A DNA stretch of 59,360 bases, filler included, from Sluysia triapertura (lineage: Eukaryota), in assembly GCA_046118255.1 (NCBI GenBank). It is 5 parts of 5 records of this genome, joined end to end, with 100 filler letters (N's around TTAATTAATTAA, not from the genome) between each part and the next. Parts side by side here need not be neighbours in the genome. Positions count along the whole stretch, not along the records: positions 35,564 to 47,909 come from JBJNIA010117862.1; positions 48,010 to 59,360 come from JBJNIA010185646.1; 3 more parts are not named here. One strand, written 5' to 3'. This document shows positions 39,709-51,382 of the stretch, one piece after another. The translations under genes were made by a program, and so were the position numbers. How positions within the stretch are numbered: position 1 is the first letter of the stretch; every line of letters begins with the position of its first letter. Below the pieces are notes generated by a model. The model did not search any database and was not told the DNA's origin. It saw nothing but the letters and a program-made list of their open reading frames with translations.

Positions 39709-42700
39709 GTAAATTATTTGATATAGATAGTAAATAGTAAATTCAGTGGGCCCTCGCCTATCCAAATCGCATAAATAATTTAATTTTTTGTGTTGTAAAT
39801 TATTCAATTATTAAAAATTAAGAAAAAGTGCCACTGCTTTTTTAAAGTTTTGAAAACACGTTATAGGTAGAGTTTCTGATAGCAACAATCGGCTTCTAAA
39901 ATTGCTGACGAATTAATCCATGGTGTTAAATTCGAAAACTTCTAATAAGATTTTTCTTTCTCACCAGTAGAAAATGGGGTAATACTAAAGAAGGCCATTT
40001 ACAAAGATTTCCATAAATTTTGATTTGGGACTTTATAAATGTATATTAGACATCATCTATTCAATAAAATGTATAATTTTAGTTTTTTGGATTTGATTTA
40101 ATTTGATAATTTTTAAAGAAATTGAACACTTATTTTGGACTTTGTGATGCGACGTTTTAAAAATATTCCATGCGTTGCATAATGTGAAAGATTGGTAACC
40201 ACTGAGATAGACTAACAAAAAGAAGAAGACGGTATGTGATGAATTCCCGCATATTTTGTTGAAAATATATAAATTATACGATGTTGCTTGAAATTCCAAA
40301 TAACGTGAATTAACGTGACCCGTCTTCAGTGTGTTAATATACATTTATTTAACATCGTATTTAAAATAAATAATGACATTTCAAAACAACCAATAACATA
40401 CATGTTTTCTTGGTAGATTAGTTGCTTAACAATATTTTGGAATTCGTGATCCAATTGGAGAACAATAAACAATGATACAAGCCCAATAATAAAAACGTAC
40501 CTTAAAGTTATTAAACTGAACTTTAAACATTCTAAACATTTACAAACTTCTAGTACTATTTTAGGATACAACCTACTTATAATCTTCTGACACCTGTGAA
40601 TATCTAAGATTTATTAATAACTTTATTTAAAAATTGTTCAAAATTTTTATGTTTAATTATTTCTACTTGCTTATTTTAATAAACAGAGTTGAAACAACTT
40701 GATACTTTAAACTGTGCACTTATTACAAAATTATAAACCAGTTATGTGTTATCACGAGTACTTCTACAGTATAACTCCCAATTTAATATCCCTGTAATAA
40801 TCTAAACTAAGTCTCTTACAAAATATTTGTTAATTAAAACACGACAAAGATAAGTAAAGCATGTATGTAAATAAATTTATTTAGTTTTAATTAATTTTTT
40901 ATTTTTATTCTCTAACTTTTAATGCTGCATTTACTTTAAGTCAAATGTTCACTAAAATCGAACGTTAATCAAAATTAATTATAATTAAAATTCTGATGTT
41001 TATATACAATTGTTTTTTACTGCTATGATCCATAAGCAATAATTATTTAATTTTCATCATACAAGATCTTCTCATTTAATCAACTTCCCCTCTAATCAAT
41101 ATTTCAATTTCTAACCAATTTAATTCCATAACGATTCCTATGTAATCGTATGTATCCAATTTTCTCTAGGTGCATAACGTATTATGATTTCGGTGTGATA
41201 TATTTACTATATATTATTTTTCAAACTAAGCCTTACTACTTAGTATTTGTATGTGTCTGTTAGCATTCACTTTTTTAGTGGATTTTTTTGTGTTATTGAC
41301 GCATACATTTAATTTGAAATATTTTCTGCATGCCAATTAAGTTTGATTTATTCGTGCCTTTTTCCTTTATATTTGTTTATAAAAACGTTGTTTGATTTTT
41401 CAAACCGTTTCTTAAGTAAATATTGGTGGAAATTTGGATATTTTTAGATATTGTAAAATCAAATTTTATTTTCGGACTGTTTTACAATCAACGATGTTGG
41501 GGTGAGTCTTACAAATACAAATTAATACAATTTTCGATAGAATATCATTGTGTCTTTAAAAGAAATTCAATTTAATTTAATTTGTTGTGTATCAACTTTA
41601 ATTTCAAGATTCAATAAATCAAAATAAAAATTCAAACTCAAGTATATTTATTATAATGCAAATATTATAACAAGCAATTTCACAGTTATCGATTAACAAT
41701 AATAAAAATCCAATAAAATTTAGAACAACTGAATAACTATAAACTGCTTTTAATGCAAGACGATACTAAATAATAATGAACAACTAATTTTAAGATGATA
41801 AACCGCAGATGACGCAACAAAGATAAAACTATTCTTACGAATTACAAAAAGCGGACTTCACAAAAAACAACTTGCATTTTATAAATGAATAAAGGGGAGA
41901 CTTACTCAAAAACAAAATAGTTTTTAGAGTTAAAAATTAAAATAAAATAAATTAACTTACCAGCAACATGGAAACTTTATTGTTGTGTTATAAAATTTTT
42001 AAGAGTTCCCTTTTATACATTCTCACTATCTATTGACTCTTGGTTTTCATAATCAAACACCTTCACATAAATAATTAGGTATAAAACACAAAAAATTGAT
42101 TGATGATCCACCATTATTTTCCTTTACTCTACCCGAACTATCTTTACTTAAATTATTTCTCACATTAAAATAGCAATCATCAGTATTGTCAACATATCTA
42201 AAAATAATGAATTTAAATTTAGTTTTTCACACCCATTTTTCTGATGGAAAATCTTTAAGGTTCTCATTCTCAATCAAACCATTCTACAAACATTTCAAAT
42301 TCATTTATGGATTCTCCTCTTTCATAGAAATCACTCATATTCAATTCATTATCTTTGCATTATTCTAAGTACAAAAATTCTATATTCCATAATTAAGAAT
42401 TAGTTAAAATTTGACTTCGTCCTCAATATTAAGACTATCCTCACATGAACTCGGTCAAACTATACCTTCATCGAAAGGTCTTTCTAAAACAAAATCGAAT
42501 ATATAATTACAACTTCTACATCGCATTCCGTATTCAAACGTTATTCATAAAAACTTGTTTTTTTCTTAAATTAATTAAGATTTTAATTAATTAATCTATT
42601 TTTAGACTTAATTTTACTTTATGTTTAAAGGTTTTGTTAACGTTCCAATATAATACTTTAAGGCATTCAGAGGTCTCTAGATACTTTCACCTTAACCACT

Positions 42701-43328
42701 CTGATTCATTTTATCAAGTTTACCTTTAATATTAGTAACAATGATTTACTTTTTGAAATATGTTACAGATTTCAAATATTTTACAAGATTACTCAAAGGT
42801 TTCAAATATTCTTAACAGTTACTAAGGTCTTAGAGTTCGCGGGTTCAATGGTATTTCAACTCTTCAAAATGTTTCCCGAACATATATCAAGCTTTCTTAA
42901 AGGTTTCAACACCCAAAGGATTTTAGAATTTCATAATGTTCTTCAATTCCCAAAATGATCATTCTCACTCCACCTATGCCTTATATTATACTCTAACCAT
43001 CATTTTGTATTAATTCTTCATAATCTCTCAATTCCACATCTATTTTATCCACCTCCTATTCGCAGCTGGGCAATCCCAACATTATTAACTCACCCTTTAA
43101 GGGTAAATAAATTAAGCTTGTTACTATTGTAGTTTTAAATTTTACTTTTGACTGAAAATTTATAAGAATTAAGTTAACATTATGTTTATTATTGAAGCAA
43201 ATGAAATTAACCAAATTTAATTTGAATAATTCAAAAAATTCTGTTTACAAATGAAAAAAAAGTAAAATAAAATAACATAGATTTATTTATAACATTTGTT
43301 AAAATTATTGTAAAATATTCTATTATTT

Positions 43329-44606
43329 TAAAGATCACGTTGAGTTCAGTACGATAACTTCACGATTTCTTAAATAAAAATAATTAAAGTCAAATGATTG
43401 AATATAAATAGGATTAAAATTTACTTTTGATAATAAATTGTTCAGTACCATATGATCTTTTATTTGACTCTTGTCGATGGCAAAGTTTTTGTTTGATTCT
43501 TCAAATTTCAATGTTTCTAGGAGCATATCTATTCTATATATATGTTGAATATAATTTGATTTTCCAATTCCGTTGTGGTCAATTTCATTGATATCATGGT
43601 AATATCTGCAACTTTTACCAAACTTCAGACATATTACTAACTCATTCGTCTGGGAAAACACTGTGCTAAACGTCCACGTGTAACGCGACTTGAATTCGAA
43701 CTAATGGATGTTGGTGTACTCATATCTTTTCTTTGTTTACATGAATGGATGATTGCATTAAATTTGTTCTTTTGTTTGTTTTTATATGACATATCTCGTA
43801 GCGATTTGAAGGTTAGGCTTTCTTTTAGCATCATAATTACTTTTTCGAATATAATTTGCTGGCAAATGACTTCAGTGACTAATTCTGTTTTGGACACGTG
43901 ACTAGATAACTTATATCATCGTTCGTCGTTTCATCATATAAATTAACGTTAATACTATTTCTAACAATTATTGTTTGAACATTAAACTTCGGATCTATTT
44001 GATTTTTATTACATAATGATTCAAATAACTGTCCAACATAACAAATATTATTTATTTTAAATGATAAATTTCTGTGCAACACGGCAGGCACTAATTATAA
44101 TAATGTAAACTTTAAATTCACTTCATGTTTCTGCATAAACAAAAACAACATTTCAAAGTTTGTTTATTGTTTCATCATTAATATTCTTACTAAAAGTATA
44201 CATATGATTAATCAAAACGGATCCAAATTCAGTTTGTTTTATATGAATAAAGCGATCTACATATAAAATTGCATTAATTGCTAAATCCGATTGTACCGGT
44301 GTTAACATAATTGTTAACATGACAATAAAGATTTCAATTTTATTTGTTTTGATGAAGTTAATCTAGACCAACTGTAGTTTCTTTCTAATTTTTTTAATGA
44401 TTTGGAAATATTCGTGGCATATAACAATCTAACATTAAATGAAGAACATTTAACTTATATAGATCTAAATTTGAATAAATTAACTTCGACTCGTGATCTA
44501 TCAATGATATTATGCAATGTCTTGCATCACTGCGATCTCCACAAATAGTCACGATAGTTTCTACGTCGTACATTTCGTACTTATGTGATATAAAATTTAA
44601 ATACAT
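43329..44606 (-). pseudogene. CCCH-zinc-finger family paralogue B (disrupted)
   Basis: Four successive ORF pieces; RLAQC/FSQTNELVICLKFGKSCRYYH..QHIYRIDMLL; 56-nt intron at 43369-43424. Confidence 0.6.
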
Positions 44607-45152
44607 GTTTAATTTTTTTATTTTAATTTTTTTATAATATAACTATGTTTTTTTAATTTTGTTAATCATTCATGATGGCTAAATTAAATAAATCAATAAT
44701 GATTGTATAAATGTCACAATAGTGAAGTTGTGTGACATCAGAGTTGATGATTACACCAATAAAATTTATTATTTGTTATTTCTCTATTGTGCCTGTAAAA
44801 GATAACCTGTAAAAATATAATTGATTGGACGTCCAATCAGATCAAAATTACAATGCCTAACAATGACATATGAACAAAATGCATCATTTCGGGCAGCAAC
44901 TGTCATCAGTTGACAATTAACACGACAATCTGAGTTAACTTTAATTAAACTTTCGACTGGTAACAGATCATGGAATAAAAATTGTTGCTGACCAAAATTA
45001 AAAATGGATGACTTTTATAATAATTTAACTGATAATAATAATAACAAAAATAATATTAATAAATACTATATACAAAAAATACATAAATCTTATATTATTT
45101 ACACGATCTTGTCTTTTAGTTTCTTCTTTCTTAACATATAAATAAATAAAAT

Positions 45153-45183
<31 letters not shown>

Positions 45184-48100
45184 GTATGTATGTAAAGATA
45201 AAACAAATGAAATGCATAAACTTTATTCTTTTAGGTACATGTGTTTCTTTTTCTTATTTCTGCAAATGTTCTTTATTTTCTTAGAACATATAAAATCAAA
45301 TGAAATTTTATTTGAATTAAAATGCTTAGAATGGTTTTAAAGTGTGAGTTTAATGTTTTTCAAAGGTGTTAATGATTGAGTGTTGAAGGGTTGTGAACTT
45401 AAGATGTTTGAGCTTAATTTTGAATTGTATGTTTGGTAATTTGAGATGTAAACTGTGATTCTAATATTGTGAAATTATGAGTTAAAATGTTTTAGATGAT
45501 ATTTAGATGATACGTTGATGGTTTTGAATGTAAATATGATTTTGATGTTATAAAATGCTTTTACTAATTATATTTATACCTTTTTACTAAATGTTATTAT
45601 TTTACTAATTGTATTTATATTCATCTGATTAATTTATATATCGTTTATTTTAATGCATTTATTAAGTTTTTTCATTAGTTTTGATGTATTCATTAATTTG
45701 TTTAATTTTATGCTTTTTAAACTTTTAAATCTTTTATTATACACATTTATGTTTTTAAAATTTTTCAACCTTACACAATTAAAAATGGTTTAATTCAAAC
45801 AGTATGCTTAATTGACTTGGAATTGAAATTTTTTAACTAATGTTTATACTAAGGTTTGTACATACAATGTAAAATGAATCTTCGGTAATCTAAAAACGTG
45901 TGATTACGATTAAAAATTATGTTAAATAATAGTTGAACTGTATAATAGTAAAATTTTACATTTATAGAGTGAGCCACAACAAAAATACTCGGAGATTCAT
46001 ACTAAACTCAGCACTTCCATCTATGATCAAGAAACGAGTCGAAAATACTCACGATAATATATAACCAATTTAAAATATCTTAGAAACTAAGATTAAGTAA
46101 AGATAATAAAAATAAAAGTGTCGATAAATAATTTAATATTCTTACATTTATAATAAACGAAAAATATTACAACCTGGAGGTGAAAATATTTCCATATAAT
46201 TTTCATTAATTTTTTTTCAATCTATCAGTTTATTGAATATATATGCTTATGAATATTAAATGAACTGAATTAGAGAAAAAATATTGTAAAAATTTTGTTA
46301 ATCGATTTTGTAATAAATATGACTTATGTGCATCATTTAACTGTCAATTTTTTGTAGCATTTGATAGACAAAAAACGTCTAAAACCGAAATTACTAAAAT
46401 CAATTATGGGGTATAAGTTTAAGATTGGTTTTTGGAAATACATCTAAATTAAATTTCCGAAAAATTTATTCTGATAAACTACAAGTTAAAATTTTTCTTT
46501 TTTAACACACTGAAGACAGTACAAAAATTATCACTAAAATTTTATATCGTTTTAAATTAAATATAGCGGTTTTTTATTATTCAACTATAGAATGCACACA
46601 TCTTCATCACATGTTTGTTTATAACAATTCTTCTTTGTAATGTTTTATTTATTCATAATTGCAGTTTTTGTACTATGATGTTGCTTTAAATTCCAAACGT
46701 CAATTCATGCTGCTGTGGTTTTTCTACGGCAAAATATTTTTGAACAGGATTCGGTTACAGTAAGCGTCTTACAACGTATCATTGACACTTCTGTAACTAA
46801 GTTAAAAGATCACTTAAAAGGTAACTAACAAATTAATCGTAGAGGGTCTTACAATTACTAAATAATTAAATAACTTAAAATACCAATCCTTTTATTAAAA
46901 AATACAAGAATTCAAATAGTTTAGAAATATAATAAAATAATTAATTTAAATATTAAAGTTTCGTGAGCGTTTAATCAGATACTATTAGAATTTACGTGGA
47001 GTTTACCCCCTCAATATATCGTGGACTTAAAAATTTAATAAATTAATATGGAATTTGAGTCAATTCGATTTTAACTTCAAAAGTTACCAAAAATTTGATT
47101 GAATTGGTCGTATTGTGACCATTACTAAATTCACAATTATCTTGAATAAAATTACCAAAATTGCAAATATCAAGATGGCGACACGATAAAATGGCGATAT
47201 TCATTGTAAGATGCTAGTATATATACTAGTCATCATCCAGTGAGAATCGATGGAATGTTCTAAAATATTCTATAACATTCTAGAAGCTTCTAATCTTTTT
47301 TTGGAGCTTATTTTCTAAAATAGAAAATAAATTTCTTTTTTGAAAAATAATTGTTTTTAAGTAATTTTAAAAATTAATAAATGGTTTTAAAATGTTTTAT
47401 GTGCTTTTAATTAATTTTTTGATGGTTTTAAATATTTTTAGATAATTTTAAGGTGCCATTTTGAAATTATTGAATTATTTTATAGGGTTGTGATGACAAC
47501 CTAAGAATGTCATTTGTCCTCAATGTATTAATATATTTATAATAATTATAATATTCTTTATTATATATTCGATAATAATGTTTGATTGATGTTTATTATA
47601 AAAAGGAAAACATTCCTGGAAGAAACTTGCTTTACAATACAATCCAACACATTTAATAAATAAAATATATCAAAGGTGCTTTCTTTATTTTTTCTAAATT
47701 GGCAATTTTAAACTATGTCAAACAATCTTTAAATATTGAATTAAGCGATATCATAAGACCTATTCTAAAAATAAAACTTGTAGCATTTATCTTACCCTTA
47801 TTTTGTTAGAAAAATGGACATGTTGCTCTTCAATATATTGGGTTGAGGAATAATTCATGAGCGTTTTTTTTCAAATTTATTTTAAACAAAAAAACTACAA
47901 CGATTTAATNNNNNNNNNNNNNNNNNNNNNNNNNNNNNNNNNNNNNNNNNNNNTTAATTAATTAANNNNNNNNNNNNNNNNNNNNNNNNNNNNNNNNNNN
48001 NNNNNNNNNGAGAACAGCTCATGTATAAGATGAAAAGACATCAAGATATAAAGCTTATGTATTTTTATTCCTTTCATAATTATTATCATCATTTTGTTAT

Positions 48101-48672
48101 TACTATTATTATTATTCTTATTATTATTAATTACATTATTATTACTATTATTCTTATTATGATTCAACATCTTGTACTATTAGTGGTGGTATGATTCATT
48201 AACACTGCCATTTTTGTTCACTATAATCATTGTCATTATTACGTAATATTACACTGTACAAAATTAGATACAAAGTAGCATATGTGTACACAACAAATTT
48301 TCAACAGAAGAGTAGAGAGTAGAATTTTATTGGTCAGACAACAAACGGTCCAATCAAAATGATTTTGGCAAAAAAATTAAGCACAATTGATTAGGCTAAA
48401 ATTAAACACACAGTCAGACATTAGTTGTTGTCAAATGATTTCTTTGTTTGTGAACACAGAATTAATAATTAATATAGTTCTTTTTGGCGATCTGATTGGG
48501 TAGACAAAATTGGAAACAACACAATTTTTAAAAATAATTTATCAGCCACTTGTAAAAAGAAAGCAATCAGACAAAAATCAAACTTTTTGGAAAATAAACT
48601 CAGACAATCAAACAATCATTTTACCACGACAGCAATTAAGAAATAATAAAAAAAAGTAGAAATCGTTGTTCA

Positions 48673-50130
48673 ATGAATTTTTATCGACTGAAAGGAAAAG
48701 GTATCATCATCTATTCAAATTATAATGACAATATTTGTTCTGTTACTGATAAAATTAGATTTTTCAAATCACGAAATGATGATAATGATCGAATTAGACA
48801 ACCGGCAATACGATTTAATCCCATGAATCAATCAGATGGTTTGATTTCAGTGGGAATGCAATCTCAGAGACATAATGCAATCAATGTAATTAATGTAAAG
48901 CGAAGAGCTAATGATGTAATTAGTGTGGAGCAGAATGCAATCAATGTAATTAGTGTAAAGCGAAGAGCGTACGATGTAATTAGCGTGCAGCAGAATGCAA
49001 TCAATGTAATTAGTGTAAAGCAGAATGCGATCAATGTAATTAGTGTAGAGCGAAGAACGAACGATGTAATTAGTGTGAAGCAGAACGCAAATGATGATAT
49101 TAAGGTAGAGCAGAATGTAAATGGTTTTAGTAACACAAAGCGGAGAATGGACGACGCTAGATACGATTCTAGGATGCTGACTAGCGAGACGAAGTATGCT
49201 TACCAGAATTCAGATTTTACTCATCATGCCACCCATGAGGAACCAGCTTGGTACTCGTCGGAGAATTCTCACCAGATTTTGGATTCAGCCATTCGCACAA
49301 TTCATGAAGAATCACATTGGTATAGGTCGTACGATGCTCGTCAGGTTTTGGAGAACTTTACTAATACCATATTCGAAGTGTACAGTTTCAGCAATAATCA
49401 GAACGTTAAAAGTAACAATTTAATTTTAAATTTCATGTATTCTTTCATTCATAGTTGCTATCATTACATTATTTATTTTAGGTTATTTGCTTTCTCTACA
49501 AACGAAAATGGATCCAGAAATGAAGGAGTGTGGCTTTCACTAAAAACAATATTTATAACAGTGCAAAATTTATATAGTTTAATATATTATAATTTTATTT
49601 GTGTTAAGTCTTTACTTCTATATGATAATCATAAAATTAAAAATGAAATTAAACTAAATAATAATAAATCTCTAAAACTAGTTAAGTCAAACAATAAAAC
49701 AGTTATAAGCTATGTCAGATTACACAATAAAAGAAGGTCCAATAATTTGACTCATGAAGTTAAGTATGGTAACCACCTAGAGGAATTTGAAGACCATACT
49801 CATCAAGTAGAGAATGAACCTTTATACTTAAAATCGAATTTTAGCTACATTAATGCATATACTGCACGCAGACTCGGATTTTATGAAATTTTAAAAGTCT
49901 TCTACTCGTTTCTACAGAATAATACATTACGCAATCGTTCAATTCTTGACAATTATGTAAGCAAATATTATGCTCTTGATCTTGAACCTTATCAACGTTT
50001 TTCTTCTCTATATAAAATCAAGCCCTCAAAACTTCTTTTTACACTAATTCAACACAATACACTGCAAACAATATTTATCAACCCCATAACATACTTAAAA
50101 TTATTCCTTTTATTTATGTGTCAAGAATGA
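48673..50130 (+). CDS. Intronless 485-aa protein of the 'GSRNE' family with internal 10-aa repeats
   Basis: Uninterrupted ATG-to-TGA ORF in very AT-rich DNA; homologous to 9758-11076. Confidence 0.7.
   Translation: MNFYRLKGKGIIIYSNYNDNICSVTDKIRFFKSRNDDNDRIRQPAIRFNPMNQSDGLISVGMQSQRHNAINVINVKRRANDVISVEQNAINVISVKRRAYDVISVQQNAINVISVKQNAINVISVERRTNDVISVKQNANDDIKVEQNVNGFSNTKRRMDDARYDSRMLTSETKYAYQNSDFTHHATHEEPAWYSSENSHQILDSAIRTIHEESHWYRSYDARQVLENFTNTIFEVYSFSNNQNVKSNNLILNFMYSFIHSCYHYIIYFRLFAFSTNENGSRNEGVWLSLKTIFITVQNLYSLIYYNFICVKSLLLYDNHKIKNEIKLNNNKSLKLVKSNNKTVISYVRLHNKRRSNNLTHEVKYGNHLEEFEDHTHQVENEPLYLKSNFSYINAYTARRLGFYEILKVFYSFLQNNTLRNRSILDNYVSKYYALDLEPYQRFSSLYKIKPSKLLFTLIQHNTLQTIFINPITYLKLFLLFMCQE
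48870..49145 (+). repeat. 30-bp coding tandem repeat (QNAINVISVK / RRANDVISVE units)
   Basis: About 9 units with an ATGTAATTAGTGT core, in two alternating variants. Confidence 0.9.
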
Positions 50131-50639
50131 TTATAAACTTAATGTCATCGCCAGTAAATAAACGAATTCTGTTTTATTATTGTCTTAAAAGTTCATGTTA
50201 TACTGAAGTTGTTATGTACCTTAAGCAGAATTTTTTCAATTACATTTATTTAGATTTTAATAAGAATTTTTATAACGAATTAAATAATTAAACTAATACT
50301 AATAAAAACAATAACAATAACTTAATCATTATTAAAAATAAAAATTATAATTTTAATATAAATAAAAATACTTCAAAAATATTTATATTTGTCACTTATT
50401 AAAGTTATTTATAATTTTAAACTATTTTTCTTGTTAATATAATAAAATGAACCTTGTTGATTTATTTTTTAAATTCTTGTTTTTAAAAGGCCTTAAGCCT
50501 ATTTTCTTAATCGTTTGCATGTTTTGTTTAAATTGTTTCATATTTATCTAAATACGTTGATAAATTTGTTTGAAAAGTTTAACGTTCTTAATAAATTTTC
50601 AATCATAAAAATGAAAAAACCCTATCCACAAACATTATT

Positions 50640-51015
50640 GTAAAAGAAGTACGGTTATTAAAGCGAAATATCACAATGATAGGAACAATCAGAAAGAAGA
50701 TGCCTGAATTACCTCTCGATATTACATAAAAATTATACTAACCAATTCTTGATACACAAACGATATGCTGAATTGAAGAAAAGTATTTTTACTTTATGCA
50801 ATGCTTTAAAAGTACTTTACACAAAGTATTTTTCTTAATGTCGATAAAAACTAAATGTAGTTTTCGATTATAATAATACAAAAGAAGCATTTAATAATTT
50901 AGATAAATCACGTGTAACATATACAAAAAGATCAAATCAGAAAGTAGCTTATTATTCGTTTTTTAAGATATGGTTGATATATAAACATAAAATGCTTATG
51001 TTTTATGGTGTAAGA
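50640..51015 (+). mobile_element. piggyBac (PGBD4-like) transposase core remnant
   Basis: LLKRNITMIGTIRKKMPELP and DYNNTKEAFNNLDK..TY..KR..DMVDI..NAYVLW match piggyBac motifs; stops present. Confidence 0.75.
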
Positions 51016-51184
51016 AAATCACTTACAAATTCTTGTAACTTATTTATTAGTGTTAAGTTGCATGTATGGATCTAAAGTTAAATTAATAAAAATAATTATG
51101 AAATTAATAATAAAAAATTATTAAGAGAATTAATAATTGAAAATTAAAAATTAATAAGAATAAGAATAATATATACATTCTATT

Positions 51185-51382
51185 AATCGTAATTATGACT
51201 GTACAAAGAGCTTTAATTCACATGTGCTTTACTGGAGTATATGTTCTGGATTAGAGCAAAAGTTTATGATCATTCTAATGATTGTTCCTCCTATAATTGT
51301 TGTGGTTGCTGTGGTTCTATTTGTTTTGGCAGCTTTTTGCTTTTGTTATTTGTGGTTAGCTTGTTCAATTTTCTTTAGTTAG
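51185..51382 (+). CDS. Possible exon of a small single-pass membrane protein (PTTG1IP-like)
   Basis: DCTKS..LYWSICSG..MIILMIVPPIIVVVAVVLFVLAAFCFC: Cys/Trp motif, transmembrane segment, juxtamembrane Cys. Splice sites unclear. Confidence 0.3.
   Translation, partial: NRNYDCTKSFNSHVLYWSICSGLEQKFMIILMIVPPIIVVVAVVLFVLAAFCFCYLWLACSIFFS

Noticed and set aside
9446-43370. Stop-codon reassignment or readthrough (in-frame stops at 9758, 36496 and TGA at expected Trp sites)
   Set aside because: Intact exons (UPF2, myosin, TMED2) contain no in-frame stops and UPF2 uses TGG for Trp; the stops sit in decayed sequence, mostly one substitution from Tyr or Trp.
11121-47965. Palindrome TTAATTAATTAA recurring about every 12 kb
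   Set aside because: Always centred in a 100-nt N gap; an artificial six-frame-stop linker, not biology.
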